From positions 1 through 39,273 of the forward strand of contig CADCPA010000304.1 of assembly GCA_902803135.1 (NCBI GenBank): a DNA stretch of 39,273 nucleotides, written 5' to 3'. Made by a program: the position numbers and the translations under genes. Of the stretch, positions 34,310 to 39,273 are shown piece after piece. The first letter of the stretch is position 1, and each line of letters opens with the position of its first letter. The notes under the pieces are model-generated. The model was not told the origin of the DNA. It saw only the letters and a program-made list of their open reading frames with translations, and ran no database searches. This DNA comes from an uncultured bacterium (GTDB lineage: Bacteria; Verrucomicrobiota; Kiritimatiellia; RFP12; UBA1067).

Positions 34310-35266
34310 TCAAGCCTGCTCCCACTGCGCGCGGAGCATCTTGCACATGTCCGCAAAGATCTTGCGCTGCTGCTCCTGGTTCGGCCAGATGTCCTTGCCC
34401 TTGTCGTTCTTGCCGAGGGAGACGTGGCCCGCTTCGACCGAGACCGCGCCGCGGTAGCCGATGAACTTCAGGCCGCGGAAACCGTCCACGTAGTTGTCGG
34501 CCGCGCCGTCCGAACCCGGAATCTTGCGGCGGCGGAGCGAGGCGATGTGCACGTGGCTGAGCTTCGAGCCGGCCGAGACGAACGCACCGAAGAAGCTGGC
34601 CTCTTCCTTGGACATGTGCCAGAAGTCGCCCATCACCGTGCAGCCGTCGCCGATTTCCTGCGCCATGCGCGCACCGTCGGAAACCTGGCGGAGGAACGGC
34701 GTCTCGGCACGCTGCAGCGGCTCGAGCACGATCGTCGTGCCGCACGCGGCGGCCTTCTCGGCGAGGCGCTTGCCCGTGTTCGTGACGAAATCTTCACGCA
34801 GTTCCTTGAGTCCCATCTCCGGCGAGCCGCGGGCGGGGCAGATGATGAGGCCGATGCTCTTCATTTCGCCGAGCAGCTCGAGAACCGGCATGAAACGCTC
34901 GACTTCCGCGTCGTTCTTCGCCTTGTCCTTGCGGTCGAACTGCGAGCCGCCGCAGGCGGTCGTGAGGAACAGCTTGCGCGTCTTGAGGGCGTCGCGCAGC
35001 TTGAGGCCGTTGTCGCGGAGCCAGCCGAGGTCGGACGGAATTTCGACCGCCTGGAAATCGTTCTGCTCAAGGTAGTCGAGCTTGGCGTTGATGTCGTTCG
35101 CCGCCGGAATGCCCCACCACTGGAGGCAGAGGTTCAACTGTGCGGGTTCCTTCGGGAACGGCAGCTTCGGGAGGCCCTTCATCTGCGGGCATTCATCCGC
35201 CTTGACGGGCATCGCCGCGGCCAGACCGGCCAGTGCGCTGCCTGCGAGAAATTCACGTCGATTCAT
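34310..35266 (-). CDS. Tat-exported sugar phosphate isomerase/epimerase (xylose-isomerase-like TIM barrel)
   Basis: MNRREFL; metal ligands in LEPLQRAE, GDFWHM, HVHIA and SVEA. Confidence 0.9.
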   Translation of the reverse strand: MNRREFLAGSALAGLAAAMPVKADECPQMKGLPKLPFPKEPAQLNLCLQWWGIPAANDINAKLDYLEQNDFQAVEIPSDLGWLRDNGLKLRDALKTRKLFLTTACGGSQFDRKDKAKNDAEVERFMPVLELLGEMKSIGLIICPARGSPEMGLKELREDFVTNTGKRLAEKAAACGTTIVLEPLQRAETPFLRQVSDGARMAQEIGDGCTVMGDFWHMSKEEASFFGAFVSAGSKLSHVHIASLRRRKIPGSDGAADNYVDGFRGLKFIGYRGAVSVEAGHVSLGKNDKGKDIWPNQEQQRKIFADMCKMLRAQWEQA

Positions 35267-35298
35267 TCGCACTCCTTGTTGTAGATTTAACTGTAAGT

Positions 35299-35327
35299 AT
35301 TGTAGCGAAAATCCGGAAGGCGCGCAA
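35299..35327 (-). promoter_or_regulatory. Sigma70-type promoter for the isomerase-oxidoreductase pair
   Basis: Minus strand TTGCGC-17 bp-TACAAT. Confidence 0.6.
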
Positions 35328-35374
35328 GTGGAAAAGGCGCAGCTGCACGCATCGCCGGGCGTTGAATGCGCCCG

Positions 35375-36652
35375 TCACTTCACGAGGTCGCCGACCAGCA
35401 TGATCTGCGCCGGCCAGAAGTTGGTGCCCTGGTACTTGGGTTCGGCGAGTTCCTTTTCGGGATCTTTCAGACGAAACGCCACGCTCTGGCGGGACGGCTG
35501 ATCCTTGTCCACTTCGATCTCGACCGTGTGTTCGCCTTCCGCGCCCGTGAACACGTGCAGCGTCGCACGGCGGTGATAGGTGCAGTAGCTGTCAAAGCGG
35601 GGCTGGACGCGGTCGGCGCGCCGGCCGTCCACCGCCACCCACACCTGGCCGCCGTCGGGTCCGAGCAGGTCGTAGATGCGGCACGTCGTGCCCTTGAACT
35701 TGAACGCCAGCCTGTCGCCCGGCGCGCCCGCATGCCAGATGTCGCCCATCCATCCGCCGAACGCCTTGACTTTCCAGTCGTCCGCCGGCAGCTTCCGCCA
35801 CGATCCCGCGAGCATCGACGCCTCGACCGGAACCATCTTCGCCTGCTCGAGGTTGTTCGCGACGTACGGCGCGCGCGCGATCAGCGGCGCGTGGTCGACG
35901 GGCTTCAGGGCCTTCATCTGCGTGAAGCCTTCGATGATGGACTTCAGATAGAACGCATGGCCTTCAGGAGCCGGATGCACGCCGTCGCCGGCGAAGAGCA
36001 CTTTGCCGTCGCCCTCCTTGCGGTCGCCGGGCGTCATCGCGAGACGGCCGGCGGCGACTTCGGCCGCGACGCGCGGACCGAACCCGATGGACGGGATGCC
36101 GTAGAAGTCGGCGAGCTGTTCCATCGCGCTCGCGGCGCGCGGACACATCCCCTTCCCGTAGTCGTTCATCATCGTACACGTAATCGTGTAGGTGAAGACG
36201 ATGTCCGTCCGCGGATCCTTCCGCCACGTCTGGCGCACGATGCCTTCCATCGTCATCCAGATGGACTCCGGCGAAGCGCCGGCATCGTTCGTCGCGAACT
36301 CGACGAAGAGCAGGTCGGGATTGTAGCGCAGCGCGTCATGCTCGAGACGGAAGACGCCGAGGTCGGACCCCGTGCCGCCGATCGCCGCGGGAACTTCCTT
36401 GAACGTCACGTCCGGATAGGTCTTCCGCAGCCAATCGGTCGTCAGGTTCCGCCAGCCGTTCATCTCGGTGATCGAACCGCCGAGATACGCGACCGCGATC
36501 TCCTTCCGGCCGTCGGCGATCTTCTTCATGAAGTTGCCCACGCCGGTGCGCACATGGACCTCTTCCGCCTTCACGGGGCCCTTGTAGACGGGCGTCTCGC
36601 CCCACGCCAGCGCCGCCAGCGCGACAATCGTTCCCACGAGCAGTCTTTTCAT
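35375..36652 (-). CDS. Exported SGNH/GDSL hydrolase (putative carbohydrate esterase)
   Basis: Signal peptide; YLGGSIT (block I), AIGGTGS, EFATND (block III) and DGVHP (block V). Confidence 0.9.
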   Translation of the reverse strand: MKRLLVGTIVALAALAWGETPVYKGPVKAEEVHVRTGVGNFMKKIADGRKEIAVAYLGGSITEMNGWRNLTTDWLRKTYPDVTFKEVPAAIGGTGSDLGVFRLEHDALRYNPDLLFVEFATNDAGASPESIWMTMEGIVRQTWRKDPRTDIVFTYTITCTMMNDYGKGMCPRAASAMEQLADFYGIPSIGFGPRVAAEVAAGRLAMTPGDRKEGDGKVLFAGDGVHPAPEGHAFYLKSIIEGFTQMKALKPVDHAPLIARAPYVANNLEQAKMVPVEASMLAGSWRKLPADDWKVKAFGGWMGDIWHAGAPGDRLAFKFKGTTCRIYDLLGPDGGQVWVAVDGRRADRVQPRFDSYCTYHRRATLHVFTGAEGEHTVEIEVDKDQPSRQSVAFRLKDPEKELAEPKYQGTNFWPAQIMLVGDLVK

Positions 36653-36680
36653 CTCTTTTCGCTCCTTGCCATTGAACATT

Positions 36681-36701
36681 CAACCTGCAACCCGCAACCT
36701 G
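36681..36701. repeat. Short heptamer tandem repeat (CAACCYG) x3
   Basis: caacctg caacccg caacctg in the rluA-SGNH spacer, abutting the palindrome TTGAACATTCAA. Confidence 0.6.
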
Positions 36702-36715
36702 TCCGCGCTTCACGC

Positions 36716-37414
36716 CTACCGATAAACCATGTCGTCGGGCGGTTCCGCCGCAAAGGCGACCCGACGTCCCGTCACGGGATGCGGGAAACTCAGCTGCACC
36801 GCATGGAGCAGCGTACGCGACGCACCGCGCGCGGACGCGGCGTCGCCATAGAGCGGATCGCCGACGAGGGGATGTCCAAGATGGGCGGCATGCACGCGGA
36901 TCTGGTGCGTACGCCCCGTTTCAATCGTAAACTCCACGAGCGACTCGTCGCCGTTGCGGCCGAGCACCTCCCACCGCGTCACGGCGCGCTTGCCGTCCGC
37001 CCCTTCCGGCACCACGGCCATGCGCTTCGGATCCCACGGCTTGCGTCCGATCAGCGTCTCCAGCGTGCCCTTGCGCGGTTTCAGCACGCCGCGCACGATG
37101 GCGAGGTAGGTCTTCACAACCGCCGTGTGCGATTCGAAAGCCGTGCGCAGCGCGAGGTAGGCACGCTGCGTCTTCGCGAGCACCATCACGCCGCTCGTGT
37201 CCGCATCGAGCCGGTGCACGACGCCGGGACGTTCCACGCTGCCGACGCCCGCCATCGTCGGCACATGCGCAAGCGCGGCATTCACCAGCGTGCCCGTGAG
37301 GTGGCCCGGCGAGGGATGCACGTACTGCCCCGCCGGCTTGGCGACGACGAGGATGTCGGCGTCTTCAAAGAGAATGTCGAGCGGAAGCGTCTCGGGTTTC
37401 GGGGCGGTGGCCAT
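36716..37414 (-). CDS. RluA/RluD-family pseudouridine synthase (no S4 domain)
   Basis: KPAGQYVHP, VHRLDADTSG, ETGRTHQIRVH, GDPLYG and LHA. Confidence 0.95.
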   Translation of the reverse strand: MATAPKPETLPLDILFEDADILVVAKPAGQYVHPSPGHLTGTLVNAALAHVPTMAGVGSVERPGVVHRLDADTSGVMVLAKTQRAYLALRTAFESHTAVVKTYLAIVRGVLKPRKGTLETLIGRKPWDPKRMAVVPEGADGKRAVTRWEVLGRNGDESLVEFTIETGRTHQIRVHAAHLGHPLVGDPLYGDAASARGASRTLLHAVQLSFPHPVTGRRVAFAAEPPDDMVYR

Positions 37415-37415
37415 C

Positions 37416-39273
37416 TTATTCCTTCGCCTTCCTGTCGCGCCGGTTCTCAAACTTCAAAAGAGCGGACGCTTCGCGGATATCCGCGCAACCCGCGCGCACA
37501 CGACCGTCCGCCGCAGGCGAGAGCCGCACGAGATGCGTCGCGTGCCCGTACACGTTCGCGCGATAGACGCCGCACGCGTCGGCTTCGTCCCGCTGCCGCC
37601 AGACGTCGCGCACGTGCCATGTGCCGTCGAGGCCGACGCCCGCCAGGTCGAATGCGATTTCCCGCTCAAGGAGATTCGCGTTGAGCAGACCCAAGGCGAC
37701 CGAACCGTCCGCCAGCGGACGCCCCCAGACCTCAGCGAAACCTTCCTCCTGCAGCAGCGCCGCCCCCTTTCCCAGCGGATCCTGGTCGATCGCGAGCACC
37801 TCGTCGTTCGTCAACAGGCCGAGCGTGAAGGCATCGAGCCGCCCCAGGTCGCAGCCGATCATCAGCGGCGCCGCGGCAAGGCACCAGAGGGACATGTGCG
37901 TGTACTGCTCGTTCGGCGACAGACGCGTGCCCTTGTAGCCGTTCCATTTCATCTTGCCGACGCAGAGCATGTCTGGATCGTTGAACGCCCCGGGGGCGGA
38001 CCACATCCACAACTCGCCCTGATGCCGGAGACTGTCGTAGACGTCGCCCCACGTGTCGAAGACGTCCGCCGTCGTGCGCCAGCAGGCGCCGCCGACGGTC
38101 GATCCCCACGACGAAACGTCGTCCCTGCCGTATTGGCAGATGGCAAAGAGGATGTCGCGCGGCTGCTCGCGCAACGCGCGGCCCATCAGCAGGAACGGCA
38201 GGCGCGCACGGTCGAGGCCCGTCCCCGTGGCGACGCGCTCGTAGCTGCACCAATCGTACTTGAGGAAATCGAAGCCCCAGGCCGCATAGGTCCGCGCGTC
38301 CTGGCGCTCGTGGCGCCAGCTGCCCTCGCAACCGCCGCACGTGCGCGAACCCGGCGAGGAGTAGAGACCGGCGCGCAGGCCCTTCGCGTGGATTGCGTCC
38401 GCAAGCGCCTTCATGGACGGAAACCGCCGGTTCGGCAGAATCGTCCCGTCCGCCGCACGCACCGGCCCCGCAAGCGTCGCGTCGTCCGCCTCGCCCGGAT
38501 TGTTCTGCCAGTAGTCGTCCACGCAGACATAGTTCCATCCGTGGTCGGCGAGGCCGGTGGCAAGCAGCGCCTCCGACGCCGCGAGAACCTTCTCCGCCGT
38601 GACCGCGCGCGTGAAGGCGTTCCAGCTGTTCCAGCCCATCGGCGGCGTAAGCGCGAAGGCGTCTCCGACGACCAGGTCGACCGTGCGCGTGGCCGTTCCC
38701 TTCGCGTTCGCGGCCGTGATCGCCAGCGGATAGACGCCGCGTTCCCGCACGACACCGTTGACGGACGCGTTCGCGGGGTTGAACGTGGCGCCCGGCGGCA
38801 ATCCCGCGACCGTGATTGCAACGGGCCGTTCGCCCGTCACCGGCACGCGATAAAGGATGGGCGAGCCGGGACGCACGCCGAAGCGCACGGGACCATTGAT
38901 GCGCGGCACCGCAGGCGCCGGCGGCGTGAGAATGCCCAACTGGGGCGAAAGCGAGGCCGGATCGACGGGCCCCGTGCCGTCTTTGAAGAGGAAAAAGGCG
39001 TCCGCCCAATCCGCATGGTCCTGCACGTGTGGATCGCCGCCATCCGTGACCTCGAGCTGCACGACCCGCGCGCCGGCGAGATCGACGGCGAGCGACTGCC
39101 GACGCTTCCCCTTGCGCAGCAGGCCCGACGACGCCGCGAGACGTCCGTCCACCCACACGCGGAATTCAACGGCGGCACGCGAGGTGCGCGGCACGCCGTC
39201 GTCGAGACCGACTTCCGCGGAAAAGGAAAGCGCATGGCCGCCGAGCGGCACCGTCAGGACGTTGGGCGCGTGG
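37416..39273 (-). CDS. Alpha-galactosidase (GH27) with NPCBM and Ig-like domains (5' end outside window)
   Basis: NPCBM (FSAEVGLDD, DHADWADA); LTPPMGWNSWN, DDYWQ, GLYSSPG, DFLKYDWC, WRTTAD and NDPDML. Frame is open to the window edge. Confidence 0.93.
   Translation of the reverse strand, partial: HAPNVLTVPLGGHALSFSAEVGLDDGVPRTSRAAVEFRVWVDGRLAASSGLLRKGKRRQSLAVDLAGARVVQLEVTDGGDPHVQDHADWADAFFLFKDGTGPVDPASLSPQLGILTPPAPAVPRINGPVRFGVRPGSPILYRVPVTGERPVAITVAGLPPGATFNPANASVNGVVRERGVYPLAITAANAKGTATRTVDLVVGDAFALTPPMGWNSWNAFTRAVTAEKVLAASEALLATGLADHGWNYVCVDDYWQNNPGEADDATLAGPVRAADGTILPNRRFPSMKALADAIHAKGLRAGLYSSPGSRTCGGCEGSWRHERQDARTYAAWGFDFLKYDWCSYERVATGTGLDRARLPFLLMGRALREQPRDILFAICQYGRDDVSSWGSTVGGACWRTTADVFDTWGDVYDSLRHQGELWMWSAPGAFNDPDMLCVGKMKWNGYKGTRLSPNEQYTHMSLWCLAAAPLMIGCDLGRLDAFTLGLLTNDEVLAIDQDPLGKGAALLQEEGFAEVWGRPLADGSVALGLLNANLLEREIAFDLAGVGLDGTWHVRDVWRQRDEADACGVYRANVYGHATHLVRLSPAADGRVRAGCADIREASALLKFENRRDRKAKE

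Overview
GC-rich bacterial chromosomal window. Tat-exported carbohydrate enzymes, long GspG-like pilins and a Hanks kinase suggest a PVC-superphylum gut or rumen organism such as Kiritimatiellia (inference). Almost all genes are on the minus strand. From left to right: two type IV pilin/pseudopilin genes and pilC/gspF; a polytopic membrane-TPR protein; an ~11 kb nucleobase-salvage and partner-switching cluster (5902-17071); a 1.1 kb intergenic zone with paired dyad inverted repeats, an IS4-like remnant and a palindromic repeat; a plus-strand operon (PAS histidine kinase, NtrC-like regulator, exported CxxC-repeat protein, Ser/Thr kinase); then metallophosphoesterase, lactonase, a SirC-HemA fusion, queF, two Gfo/Idh/MocA oxidoreductases, GH78, a TIM-barrel isomerase, an SGNH esterase, RluA and a GH27. 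The salvage cluster holds a beta-barrel porin, upp, an orphan solute-binding lipoprotein, a sensor PP2C/anti-sigma kinase, STAS, two NCS2 permeases, apt and a MATE-HATPase fusion. The standout observation is one ~85-aa TerB-like domain (paired 'ADGxV/IDxxE' motifs) that occurs four times in adjacent genes: fused to the N-termini of both NCS2 permeases and of adenine phosphoribosyltransferase, and once as a stand-alone gene. This suggests a tag-assembled or metal-regulated nucleobase-salvage complex. All family calls come from motif recognition by eye; no searches were run.
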